From positions 1-63,296 of the forward strand of contig CAYGEJ010000006.1 of the NCBI GenBank assembly GCA_964348935.1: DNA of 63,296 bases, read 5' to 3'. Positions 46,311-56,346 of this stretch are shown here, piece by piece (position 1 is the stretch's first letter; every line of letters starts with the position of its first letter). The notes beneath the pieces were generated by a model that saw only the letters and a program-made list of their open reading frames with translations, was not told the origin of the DNA and did no database searches. The stretch comes from an uncultured Candidatus Saccharibacteria bacterium (GTDB lineage Bacteria > Patescibacteriota > Doudnabacteria > UBA920). The translations under genes were made by a program, and so were the position numbers.

Positions 46311-47241
46311 ATTCCTTTCCGGTGAGTTTTAAATACACATCTTCAAGGCTAGCAGTTTTTACCATAAAGCCAGTAAATGGAATATGATTATCTTTAAGCA
46401 CCTTTAAAATTAAGGAGATTTTATCTAAATGAGAAAGTTCAAGTATTATTTTTGGATAACTTTCGTAGATCTTTGTGACTTCTGGAATTCCAGAAAAAAT
46501 TTTAGTATCCAAATGGTCGTCTGAGAAAAAGGATAGTTGAACGGTTTCGGAGAGTTTTTCAATAAGCTTTCTTGGTTCATCAATCTCTAAAATTTTTCCA
46601 CTGTCCATAATTGCTACGCGGTTACATAAAAATTCCGCCTCTTCCATATAGTGAGTGGTAAGCACAACGGTAACTCCTTGGCTATTAATTTTTTTAATTA
46701 ATTTCCACATAGCTCTGCGGGCGTGAGGGTCTAATCCGGTTGTGGGTTCGTCTAGAAATAAGATTTCAGGGTTGTTTACGAGGGAGGTTGAGATGGTAAA
46801 GCGTTGTTGTTGGCCACCCGACAAGTTTTTAACGAACTCATGCTCCTTTTCGTTCAGGTCCACAAGTTTTAAAAGTTCCTGCTTGTTTACAGATGTGTTA
46901 TATAGTGAGGCAAACAAGTCTAGTAGTTCATTCAAGGTTAAATTGGTTAGATATTGGCTGGACTGGAGTTGGGCACCAATTCTTTTTCGTATTTCACCAG
47001 TATTCTCTATATTATCAAGTCCTAATACAGTGACCTTGCCGAAAGTTTGGCGTTTTATACCCTCAATTATTTCAAGGGTTGTGGTTTTTCCGGCACCATT
47101 TGGTCCTAAAATGCCAAAAATTTCCCCTTTTTCTACTGAAAAAGAGGTGCCTTTTATTGCGTCAAAGGTTTTTATGCCGTCTTTGGGTTTGCTTAAATTA
47201 AAAGTTTTAGTTAAATTTTTAACTTCAATTACATGGTTCAT
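46297..47241 (-). CDS. ABC exporter ATP-binding subunit
   Basis: GPNGAGKTT, LSGGQQQR, LDEPTTGLD, TTHYMEEAE. Confidence 0.93.
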   Translation of the reverse strand: MNHVIEVKNLTKTFNLSKPKDGIKTFDAIKGTSFSVEKGEIFGILGPNGAGKTTTLEIIEGIKRQTFGKVTVLGLDNIENTGEIRKRIGAQLQSSQYLTNLTLNELLDLFASLYNTSVNKQELLKLVDLNEKEHEFVKNLSGGQQQRFTISTSLVNNPEILFLDEPTTGLDPHARRAMWKLIKKINSQGVTVVLTTHYMEEAEFLCNRVAIMDSGKILEIDEPRKLIEKLSETVQLSFFSDDHLDTKIFSGIPEVTKIYESYPKIILELSHLDKISLILKVLKDNHIPFTGFMVKTASLEDVYLKLTGKEYDNE

Positions 47242-47515
47242 ATAATGTTATTATAGCAAATATACGGGCAATTTCAGAATTTCTTATTAAAATCATTTTT
47301 TAAATTAAATGGCTTAAATAAGGTAAGTTTGGGATAATATTATTGATAAAGTGATAATAAATATTATTTAGCGGTGCTTAAAAATAAAAGCTGGTAGTTT
47401 AAAATATATTTTGGTGCCGTTCTGGTACTTATTTATTAAAAATTCAATTTATGCTATAATAAGTTTATATAAAGATCGTTCATTTTTGAGTTAAAACTAC
47501 GTCTGATTGCATAGC

Positions 47516-47544
47516 TTGACAAAATTTCAATAGGTACGTACAAT
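47516..47544 (+). promoter_or_regulatory. rpoBC promoter
   Basis: TTGACA-17-TACAAT, followed by a ~210-nt leader with hairpins. Confidence 0.75.
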
Positions 47545-47761
47545 CCAAATATGCACAATTACATTAGCCTATAAGCCTTTTAAGGGTTCGGCCTTTTTTG
47601 CGTTTGCGAAAAAGGTAATATTTTGTGTCCTTTTATCATGAATATTGGTAGATGAAGGATATGAAATATTAGAGCGCTTGTCCCAACTCTCAAGCTTTTG
47701 GTCTTTTGCTTAACTATTATGCCAAATTTTGGTGCGATTTGGCTGAAAGTTTACGTATTTA

Positions 47762-50700
47762 ATGGCAAATAAAGCAAAAACTGAGTCTACCGGAGTCTCA
47801 GTAAAGCCACAAAAGAGTGTATTCCAACCCAGAAAATTTTTTACTGGGCAGAACGAAACAGAATTATTGCCTAACTTAATAGAAGTCCAACTAAATTCCT
47901 ACAAATGGTTTGTAGAGAAAGGTTTGAAGGAACTACTTGGCGAAATAAATCCAATCCGAGATTTCACCGGAAAGAACTTGGAATTGTTTTTTGGTGACTA
48001 TTTTTTTGATAAACCAAAATATGACGAGTTTACCTCTCGCGAAAGAAATACTACTTATGAAGCTCCGTTGTATGTATCTGCAAAGTTAGTGAACAAGGTT
48101 AGTGGTAAAACCAAAACTCAAGACGTTTACTTTGGTGATTTTCCTCTAATGACTCCACGCGGTACTTGTATTATTAACGGTGTAGAGCGTGTTGTTGTAA
48201 ACCAGTTAATAAAATCTCCTGGAGTATTTTTTACTGCAGAAAATTTGCGCAATAGAAATTTTTACGGAGCTAAAATTATTCCAAATCGTGGAGCCTGGTT
48301 AGAATTAGACACCGACGCTGCCGGGGTAATTGGCGTTAAAATAGATAGAAAACGCAGAATTCCAATTACTGCGCTTCTTCGCGTATTCGGCTTTTCTTCC
48401 AATGAAAGTATTTTAGAACAATTCAAAGATGTGGACACCGACCCAGACACTAAATATATTCAAGCAACTTTGGATAAGGATGCTTCTACCAACACCGACG
48501 AAGGTTTCAAAGAAGTTTACAAGAGAATCCGTCCAGGTGATTTGGCTACAGTTGAAAATGCCAAGTCTTTAATTTCCGGAATGTTCTTTAATATTGAACG
48601 TTACGATTTTTCCGCTGTTGGACGTTACAAGTTTAATCAAAGATTAAATGTAAAAGAAAACGAAAGCCCACTTATCACTCCAGAAGATTTAGTTAAAGTA
48701 GTAAGAGAAGTTATTCGCTTAAACAACACCCAAGAAGCAGGGGATGACATTGACCACTTGGCAAACCGCCGTGTTCGCGCAGTTGGTGAACTTATTCAAA
48801 CTCGCTTCCGCGTGGGGCTTGCCCGTATGGCAAGAATTGCAAAAGACAGAATGTCTTTGGCTGACTTAGATACAGTTACTCCAGCTCAATTAATTCATGT
48901 TCGTCCAATTGTAGCAACTATGCAAGAATTCTTTTCTTCATCTCAGTTGTCACAATTCATGGACCAAACAAACCCACTTGCTGAACTTGAACACAAACGC
49001 CGTCTTTCTGCTATGGGTCCTGGTGGTCTTTCCCGTGAACGCGCAGGTTTCGAAGTGCGTGATGTGCACAGAAGTCACTACGGTAGGTTGTGTCCTATTA
49101 CCACTCCTGAAGGACCAAACATTGGTTTGGTGGCGCACTTGGCAACGTATGCTCGTGTTAACGAATTTGGTTTTATTGAAACCCCTTACCGTTTTGTAAA
49201 AAAAGCAGCTAGAAATGACGGCAAGGACACAGTAGATGAAATTTCTTTGTTCGATGTTAAGGATGAAAAAGGAAATATTGTGGTTAAAGCCGGCGAAGTT
49301 ATTACTTCAACAAAGGCTAAAGAGATAGGGAAAATTAACCAACTGTTAGAAGTTAGAATTAAGCCTCGTGTTACCGACAAGATTATATCCCTTGATGCTT
49401 ATGAAGAAGAAAGATTAATTATCGGTCAGAGTAATATTGGTATTGATGAAAATAATTATTTCACCGAACCTCGCTCTTCTGTTAGGGTTCACTCCGTACC
49501 TTCTATTGCTTCCACCGATGAAATAGATGCCTTGGATGTTTCTCCAAAGCAGATTATTTCTGTTACTACTTCATTGATTCCATTCTTAGAACACGATGAT
49601 GCAAACCGTGCGCTTATGGGTAGTAATATGCAACGTCAAGCTGTCTCATGTATTAAACCGGATGCGCCTTTTGTTGGTACCGGTATGGAAAGTAAAGCCG
49701 CTAGAGATTCCGGCACTATGATTTTGGCAGAAGAAGAAGGTGAAGTTACTTCAGTTATGGGTGAGAAGATTGTGGTTGTTGGTGAAAAAGGTAAGAAAAA
49801 AGAATATCCTTTGTTAAAGTTTTTAAGAACTAACTCCGCTACCTCTATAAACCAAATTGCTCGTGTTAACAAAGGGCAAAAGGTTAAGAAGGGTGATGTG
49901 CTTGCAGACGGAGCTTCCACTGAAGGCGGAGAATTAGCACTTGGACAAAACATGGTTATTGCTTTCCTGTCATGGGAAGGTGGTAATTATGAAGATGCTA
50001 TATTGGTTTCTGAGCGCGTGGTTCAGCAAGACCGTTATTCTTCCATTCACATTGACGATTTTAAGATTGATGTTCGTGATACCAAATTGGGACCGGAACA
50101 AATTACCCGTGATATTCCTAATGTTGGTGAAGAAAAATTGAAGGATTTAGACGAAACCGGAGTTATCCGTATTGGAGCTCAGGTTAAAGCCGGAGACATT
50201 TTGGTTGGGAAAATTACTCCAAAAGGTGAAACCGATTTAACTGCCGAAGAAAAATTGCTTCGTGTAATTTTTGGTGAAAAATCGCGCGATGTTAAAGATA
50301 CTTCCTTAACGTTGCCTCACGGTGAATATGGAAAAGTTGTAAACATTCGTGAATTCTCTAGAGCCGCAGGCGACAAGCTTCCTTCCGGAGTGGTGCGTTC
50401 TATTCAAGTTTCAGTCGCTGTTTTACGTAAAATTCAAGTTGGGGACAAGATGGCCGGACGTCACGGAAATAAAGGTGTAATTTCTAAAATTATTCCGGTA
50501 GAAGATTTGCCATTTATGGAAGACGGCACCCCGGTGGATATTATTTTAAATCCTCTTGGTGTTGTATCTCGTATGAACTTAGGTCAGATTTTGGAAACTC
50601 ATTTGGGTATGGCTGCATACAAAATGAAATACAAAGTTGCTTCTCCTGTTTTGGATGGTATTTCCGAAGAAGAAATTAAAGGGGAGTTGGCCAGCGCAGG

Positions 50701-51265
50701 CGTTCCTCAAGACGGTAAGGTTGTTCTTTATGACGGAAAGACTGGTGAGCCTTTTGACGAAAAAGTTACTGTGGGTGTTATGTACTTCTTGAAACTTCAC
50801 CACTTGGTAGATGATAAGATGCATGCACGTTCAACCGGACCCTACTCGCTTATTACTCAGCAACCGCTTGGTGGAAAAGCTCAGTTCGGTGGACAGCGTT
50901 TTGGAGAAATGGAAGTCTGGGCGCTCGAAGGTTATGGAGCAGCTCACACTTTGCAAGAAATGTTAACCATCAAATCCGACGACGTGGTAGGTAGAAGTAA
51001 AACTTACGAAGCTATTGTCAAAGGCGAAGCAATTAAAAAACCAAATATTCCTGAAAGCTTTAGAGTGTTGGTTAAAGAATTGCAGAGTTTGTGTCTCGAT
51101 GTTGAACTCTTGGGACGCGATGGTCAAGTCAGTAGTGCTTCTGAAGAGCCGGAAATAATTGTACCTAATATGCCAAGTGCCAATCCAGCGGTTCCGGATT
51201 CTTCCTTGTTTGAAGATGAGGTAAAAAAGGATAGTAAGAAATATAAGAAAGAGAAGAAAAAATAA
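47762..51265 (+). CDS. rpoB: RNA polymerase beta subunit
   Basis: SQLSQFMDQTNPL, RALMGSNMQRQ, GDKMAGRHGNKG, GGQRFGEME. Confidence 0.99.
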   Translation: MANKAKTESTGVSVKPQKSVFQPRKFFTGQNETELLPNLIEVQLNSYKWFVEKGLKELLGEINPIRDFTGKNLELFFGDYFFDKPKYDEFTSRERNTTYEAPLYVSAKLVNKVSGKTKTQDVYFGDFPLMTPRGTCIINGVERVVVNQLIKSPGVFFTAENLRNRNFYGAKIIPNRGAWLELDTDAAGVIGVKIDRKRRIPITALLRVFGFSSNESILEQFKDVDTDPDTKYIQATLDKDASTNTDEGFKEVYKRIRPGDLATVENAKSLISGMFFNIERYDFSAVGRYKFNQRLNVKENESPLITPEDLVKVVREVIRLNNTQEAGDDIDHLANRRVRAVGELIQTRFRVGLARMARIAKDRMSLADLDTVTPAQLIHVRPIVATMQEFFSSSQLSQFMDQTNPLAELEHKRRLSAMGPGGLSRERAGFEVRDVHRSHYGRLCPITTPEGPNIGLVAHLATYARVNEFGFIETPYRFVKKAARNDGKDTVDEISLFDVKDEKGNIVVKAGEVITSTKAKEIGKINQLLEVRIKPRVTDKIISLDAYEEERLIIGQSNIGIDENNYFTEPRSSVRVHSVPSIASTDEIDALDVSPKQIISVTTSLIPFLEHDDANRALMGSNMQRQAVSCIKPDAPFVGTGMESKAARDSGTMILAEEEGEVTSVMGEKIVVVGEKGKKKEYPLLKFLRTNSATSINQIARVNKGQKVKKGDVLADGASTEGGELALGQNMVIAFLSWEGGNYEDAILVSERVVQQDRYSSIHIDDFKIDVRDTKLGPEQITRDIPNVGEEKLKDLDETGVIRIGAQVKAGDILVGKITPKGETDLTAEEKLLRVIFGEKSRDVKDTSLTLPHGEYGKVVNIREFSRAAGDKLPSGVVRSIQVSVAVLRKIQVGDKMAGRHGNKGVISKIIPVEDLPFMEDGTPVDIILNPLGVVSRMNLGQILETHLGMAAYKMKYKVASPVLDGISEEEIKGELASAGVPQDGKVVLYDGKTGEPFDEKVTVGVMYFLKLHHLVDDKMHARSTGPYSLITQQPLGGKAQFGGQRFGEMEVWALEGYGAAHTLQEMLTIKSDDVVGRSKTYEAIVKGEAIKKPNIPESFRVLVKELQSLCLDVELLGRDGQVSSASEEPEIIVPNMPSANPAVPDSSLFEDEVKKDSKKYKKEKKK

Positions 51266-51317
51266 TTTATAACTTGTTTCTATCAACTTATTAACTTACT
51301 ACTAAATACTATATATT

Positions 51318-54300
51318 ATGTTCACACAAACAGAAGATTTTACAGGTGTTAGGTTAAAACTCGCCAGTCCCGACACAATTCTAAATTGGTCGCATGGTGA
51401 AGTTACCAAGCCTGAAACTATAAACTATAGAACACAACGTCCGGAAAAGGACGGCTTATTCGATGAGAAAATTTTTGGACCAATTAAAGATTGGGAGTGT
51501 TATTGCGGAAAATACAAACGTATTCGTTATAAAGGAATTGTTTGTGACAAGTGTGGTGTGGAGGTGACAAAGTCTTCCGTAAGACGTGAACGTATGGGGC
51601 ACATTAAACTCAGTGTTCCAGTCGCTCATATTTGGTTCTTGCGTGGTGTCCCTTCCCGCTTGGGTTTAATTTTAGACTTGGGTGTTCAGGAATTGGAAAA
51701 AGTAGTTTATTTTGCTGCCTACATTATTAATTCAGTAGACGAAGAAGTTAGAATGTCTACTTTGGATCAAATTGAACGTGAGTTTAAATCTAAGAAAAAA
51801 GAAATTGAAGATAAATACGAAGCTTTAATTGGCAAGGCTAAGTCCGGCGCCGGTGCTAAGCCTGGCAAGGATGCCGATGTAGTACAAGCTAGTATCGATG
51901 GGGAAGTGACCAGGTTGAAAGATGCCTGGAGTAAAGAATTAGATGCTTTGGAAAGTATTCGAGATCAAGCCAGAAGCGAATTGAAATCTATAAAGAAGAA
52001 TTTAATTATCAGCGAATTGCAATACCGTGATCTTTCTTTAAAGTACGGTCCGGTTTTTAATGCCAGTATTGGTGCCGAAGGTATTAAAGGTCTTTTGGAA
52101 GAAGTAAATTTGGAACAGCTCGCTCAAGACCTGCAAACCGAACTTCCAAATGTAGAAGGACAGGCTCAGAGAAAATTATTAAAGCGCTTAAAATTAGTTA
52201 AGTCTTTAATAAATTCCGGACTTAGACCGGAATGGATGTTAATTGGTAGTCTGCCAGTTATTCCGCCAGATCTAAGACCTATGGTTCAGCTGGATGGTGG
52301 ACGTTTTGCCGCAAGTGACTTGAATGATTTATATAGAAGAGTAATTAACAGAAATAACCGTCTAAAGAAGCTTTTAGAAATAAAAGCTCCGGAAGTTATT
52401 ACTCGTAACGAGAAGCGTATGCTACAGGAAGCTGTAGATGCGTTAATTGATAACTCTATAAGGCATGGAAAAGAAGTTACCGCCAGTACCGGTCAGAAGC
52501 GAAAATTACGTTCTTTAGCCGATATGTTAAAAGGTAAGCAAGGTCGTTTTCGTCAAAACTTGCTTGGTAAGCGCGTGGACTATTCTGGGCGTAGTGTTAT
52601 CGTTGTGGGTCCTCATTTAAAATTACACCAATGTGGTATTCCAAAAATGATGGCTTTGGAATTATTTAAGCCCTTTGTAATTTCTAAATTGATTGGTAGA
52701 GAATTTGCACACAATGTCAGAAGCGCCAACAGGTTGATTGAACAAGCCAGAACTGAAGTTTACGATATTTTGGAAGAAGTAACTAAAGACCATTATGTCT
52801 TATTAAACCGCGCTCCAACCTTGCACAGACTTGGTTTTCAGGCTTTTCAGCCAGTACTTATAGAAGGTAAGGCCATGCAGCTTCATCCAATGGTTTGTGC
52901 TGCTTTTAACGCTGACTTTGATGGTGACCAAATGGCTGTTCACGTACCGTTAACCGAAGCTGCACAAAAAGAAGCCAGAGAAATTATGGTTTCTGCTCAT
53001 AACTTGCTAAAGCCGGCTTCCGGCGACCCGGTTATGACTCCGGACAAAGACGTGGTCGTGGGCTGTTACTATATTACCCGTATGCGTGAGGGGGTAAAAG
53101 GTCAGGGTAAGGTTTTTAGTGAGCCAAGTGAAGCTACTCTTGCTTATAACAATGGTCATGTTCACATCCAGGCTAAAATTAAAGTTCGTGTTCCTTCTGA
53201 TGACGGGACTAGTACTCAAATGCTTGAGACTTCCGTAGGACGCTTAATCTTCAACAAGGTTGTTCCGAAAGAAATGGGTTTTAGAAATGAAAATTTTGAC
53301 AAGAAGAAATTACAGGCCTTAGTTAGAGAAGCACATAGGACTTTGGGCAATGACAGAACTGCAGAATTGATTGATGAAATTAAACGCACTGGTTTTTATT
53401 ACATGAAGCGCTCAGGGCTCTCTTGGGGTATGGATGATTTATTAGTACCTCAAACAAAGCACGCTATGATTAAAGACGCCGATACTGAGGTTGAAGGTAC
53501 TTACCAACAGCACAGAGAAGGACTTTTGACAGAGGAAGAAAGAAAAAATCGCGTAGTAGAAATTTGGGCTGATGTGAGCGAAAGGGTTGCAAAGGATGTT
53601 ACGCACACTGTGGCAGAATTCGGTTCTGTTAATTATTTTGTATCTAGCGGTGCTAGAGGGTCTTTTTCTCAGGTTACACAAATGTCCGGTATGAAAGGTT
53701 TAGTGGTAAACCCAGCTGGTGATGTCATTGAGCTTCCGGTAAAAGGTTCTTTTAAAGAAGGTTTGAATATCTTGGAGTATTTCATTTCTACTCACGGTTC
53801 TCGTAAAGGTATGTCCGATACTGCTATGCGTACCGCTGACGCTGGTTATTTAACCAGACGTTTAGTGGATGTCGCTCAAGATATTGTTGTTAACAGCGAG
53901 GACTGTGGTACTCAAGAATTCGACTATATTACTCTTGAAGAGAGTGAAAAAATGAACAAAGCCTTTGACCGTAGACTTTTCGGTAGGGTAACAGCCGAAG
54001 ATGTAAGTGATAAAGCTGGTAATTTGATCGTTGCTAAAAATAATGGTATTGATGACCTTCAAGCCAAGCAAATTGTTGAAGCTGGAATTTTAGAAGTAAA
54101 ATGTAGAAGTGTATTGAAATGTAAGCTTTCCCGCGGAGTTTGTAGGTTGTGCTACGGTTATGATTTAGGTTTTAACGATATGGTTCGTTTGGGGGCTGCG
54201 GTTGGAATTGTGGCTGCTCAGTCTATTGGTGAACCGGGAACACAGCTGACTATGAGAACCTTCCACACTGGGGGTAGTGCTTCCGTTAAAGATATTACTC

Positions 54301-55226
54301 AAGGGCTTCCTAGGGTTGAAGAATTGTTTGAAGCTAGAGAGCCAAAGGGTGTGGCTTACGTTACTGAAATCGACGGGCAAGTATTTATTGCGAAGCCAAA
54401 TAATAAAGAATATATTGTTAGAATCCAAGGTGCAGATGTGGAGAAAGATGTCTATCCGCTTTCCAGCATGCAGTCTGCAATTAAAGATGGTAGTAAGGTA
54501 ACCGCAGGGGAGACTTTGTATATTGATGCAGATGGTAAATCTGTAAAAGCTAAATCTGACGGTTTGGTACGCTTGGAAAAAGACAAGATAATTGTGGTTC
54601 ACGAAAGTGATCAGGTGAAGGAATATGTTATTCCGGCTTCGTTGTCTTTGTTGGTAAAAGACGAGGACTTGATTGCCAAGGGTCAGCAGTTAACTGAAGG
54701 AAATTTAAATCCAACCCAGATTATGAATTTAAAGGGTATGGAAGAAGCCCAGAAATATATTGTCAAAGAAGTTCAGGATATTTATGTTTCTCAGGGTCAA
54801 AATATTCACGACAAACATATTGAAGTTATAGTAAAACAGATGTTCTCTAAAGTTCGCATTGCCGATTCTGGTGAAAGCGAATTAACCTCAGGTGAGATTG
54901 CCGACAAAGCCAAACTTGGTTTTGTAAATGAGCAGATTATTGCCAAGGGTAAACGTCCAGCAACTTATGAGCAGTTACTTATGGGTATTACCAAAGTTTC
55001 TTTAAATACCGACTCTTTCCTAGCCGCCGCTTCCTTCCAAGAAACTACCCGTGTGCTTATTGAGGCTGCTGTAACAGGTAAGACTGACTATTTAAGAGGA
55101 CTTAAAGAAAATGTTATTATTGGTAAGTTGATTCCTGCTGGGACAGGTTTTACCGATGAGATAGCTAAGCAAAACTTGCAATTGGAAGAGGCTGCCGCTT
55201 TGGCTGCTTCGGAAGTAACTGAATAA
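51318..55226 (+). CDS. rpoC: RNA polymerase beta' subunit
   Basis: Zn-finger [40 protein letters not shown]. Confidence 0.99.
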   Translation: MFTQTEDFTGVRLKLASPDTILNWSHGEVTKPETINYRTQRPEKDGLFDEKIFGPIKDWECYCGKYKRIRYKGIVCDKCGVEVTKSSVRRERMGHIKLSVPVAHIWFLRGVPSRLGLILDLGVQELEKVVYFAAYIINSVDEEVRMSTLDQIEREFKSKKKEIEDKYEALIGKAKSGAGAKPGKDADVVQASIDGEVTRLKDAWSKELDALESIRDQARSELKSIKKNLIISELQYRDLSLKYGPVFNASIGAEGIKGLLEEVNLEQLAQDLQTELPNVEGQAQRKLLKRLKLVKSLINSGLRPEWMLIGSLPVIPPDLRPMVQLDGGRFAASDLNDLYRRVINRNNRLKKLLEIKAPEVITRNEKRMLQEAVDALIDNSIRHGKEVTASTGQKRKLRSLADMLKGKQGRFRQNLLGKRVDYSGRSVIVVGPHLKLHQCGIPKMMALELFKPFVISKLIGREFAHNVRSANRLIEQARTEVYDILEEVTKDHYVLLNRAPTLHRLGFQAFQPVLIEGKAMQLHPMVCAAFNADFDGDQMAVHVPLTEAAQKEAREIMVSAHNLLKPASGDPVMTPDKDVVVGCYYITRMREGVKGQGKVFSEPSEATLAYNNGHVHIQAKIKVRVPSDDGTSTQMLETSVGRLIFNKVVPKEMGFRNENFDKKKLQALVREAHRTLGNDRTAELIDEIKRTGFYYMKRSGLSWGMDDLLVPQTKHAMIKDADTEVEGTYQQHREGLLTEEERKNRVVEIWADVSERVAKDVTHTVAEFGSVNYFVSSGARGSFSQVTQMSGMKGLVVNPAGDVIELPVKGSFKEGLNILEYFISTHGSRKGMSDTAMRTADAGYLTRRLVDVAQDIVVNSEDCGTQEFDYITLEESEKMNKAFDRRLFGRVTAEDVSDKAGNLIVAKNNGIDDLQAKQIVEAGILEVKCRSVLKCKLSRGVCRLCYGYDLGFNDMVRLGAAVGIVAAQSIGEPGTQLTMRTFHTGGSASVKDITQGLPRVEELFEAREPKGVAYVTEIDGQVFIAKPNNKEYIVRIQGADVEKDVYPLSSMQSAIKDGSKVTAGETLYIDADGKSVKAKSDGLVRLEKDKIIVVHESDQVKEYVIPASLSLLVKDEDLIAKGQQLTEGNLNPTQIMNLKGMEEAQKYIVKEVQDIYVSQGQNIHDKHIEVIVKQMFSKVRIADSGESELTSGEIADKAKLGFVNEQIIAKGKRPATYEQLLMGITKVSLNTDSFLAAASFQETTRVLIEAAVTGKTDYLRGLKENVIIGKLIPAGTGFTDEIAKQNLQLEEAAALAASEVTE

Positions 55227-55233
55227 TTAGTTT

Positions 55234-55268
55234 AAAAATCCCGCTCTTCTAAAGAGCGGGATTTTTTA
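55234..55268. terminator. bidirectional intrinsic terminator
   Basis: AAAAATCCCGCTCTT/AAGAGCGGGATTTTTT. Confidence 0.85.
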
Positions 55269-55305
55269 TTGCTAACAGTTTAGTTAAAGTTTAGTAGGTG
55301 GTAAG

Positions 55306-56337
55306 CTATTTAATTATATAGTCTGCTTCCTGTCTTGCTTCTTCAGGGATAGATAAGCCAAAGGAGTTTAAGATTGTTTCATTAAGACCTAAATCAAATT
55401 TGATTGGGGTTTGTACAGGTATGGATCCAGGGGCTGTTTTTTTAGTTAAAATTTGGTAGGCTGCATCCGCTGCTTTTGATCCTAAAATTTTATAATCAGG
55501 AGCATAAGATAGTGCTCCGCCTTGTGAAAGTTCTTCACGAGTTAGGGTTATAATTGGTTTATTTATTTTTGATGTAAATTTAAAAATTAAATCCATAGAG
55601 CTGGCCATAAAGGGTCCAGGATATCTGAAGACAGCATCAATAGGTTTAAAATCAAAAGACAAAATAAATTTATTTAATCCCTCCCTGTCTTTAAAACTTT
55701 TATCAATTAGCGTTAAGTTGTATTTACTAGATATATTTTTTAAATCTTCTAGTGGTGTTTCGCTTTCTCCCGGGATAGAAGGATCTCCTCTTAAGATTAA
55801 GATAGTTTTAGCCAACGGGGCGATTCTCATAAAAAAATCCAACCTTTGTCCGGCAGTATTTGTGTTACCACTTTCAACGAAAGCAGCATTGGTTCCACTT
55901 CCTTTCATACTTTTGGCGAAACCAGCCTGAACAACATTTGCCGCTGGTGCTATTACAACTGGGATTTTTAATCCCATTTCTTTCATTATTATAAATTCTG
56001 ATTGACCAGTAATAATAAGGTCAACATTTTGTTTAATAAAGTATTCCGTAGCATTTTCAGTATTTGTTTTACTAAATCCGATATCTAAGGTTTCGTATTT
56101 TATTGTAATATCCTTTTCTTTAACAATGTCTTCCATCTGTGTTTTAAAGCCTTCGAAGACAGTTTTAATGGTTTCGCTTTGTCCTAATAAACCAATAGTA
56201 TAGGTATAGTCCTGGTTTTGAGGTAAGCGTTGTACTTCGCTATTTGAAGAGTTGAACGGATACTGTGAATTGTAGTATAAAATTCCAGTAGCCGAAAACA
56301 TTATTCCTAGTAAAAAAACTATGAAATATTTGTACAT
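55306..56337 (-). CDS. ABC-type substrate-binding protein (ABC_sub_bind-like), orphan
   Basis: N-terminal anchor; IPVVIAPAANVVQAGF, GALSYAPDYKILGSKAA, IPVQTPIKFDLGLN. Confidence 0.8.
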   Translation of the reverse strand: MYKYFIVFLLGIMFSATGILYYNSQYPFNSSNSEVQRLPQNQDYTYTIGLLGQSETIKTVFEGFKTQMEDIVKEKDITIKYETLDIGFSKTNTENATEYFIKQNVDLIITGQSEFIIMKEMGLKIPVVIAPAANVVQAGFAKSMKGSGTNAAFVESGNTNTAGQRLDFFMRIAPLAKTILILRGDPSIPGESETPLEDLKNISSKYNLTLIDKSFKDREGLNKFILSFDFKPIDAVFRYPGPFMASSMDLIFKFTSKINKPIITLTREELSQGGALSYAPDYKILGSKAADAAYQILTKKTAPGSIPVQTPIKFDLGLNETILNSFGLSIPEEARQEADYIIK

Positions 56338-56346
56338 TAAACTAAT

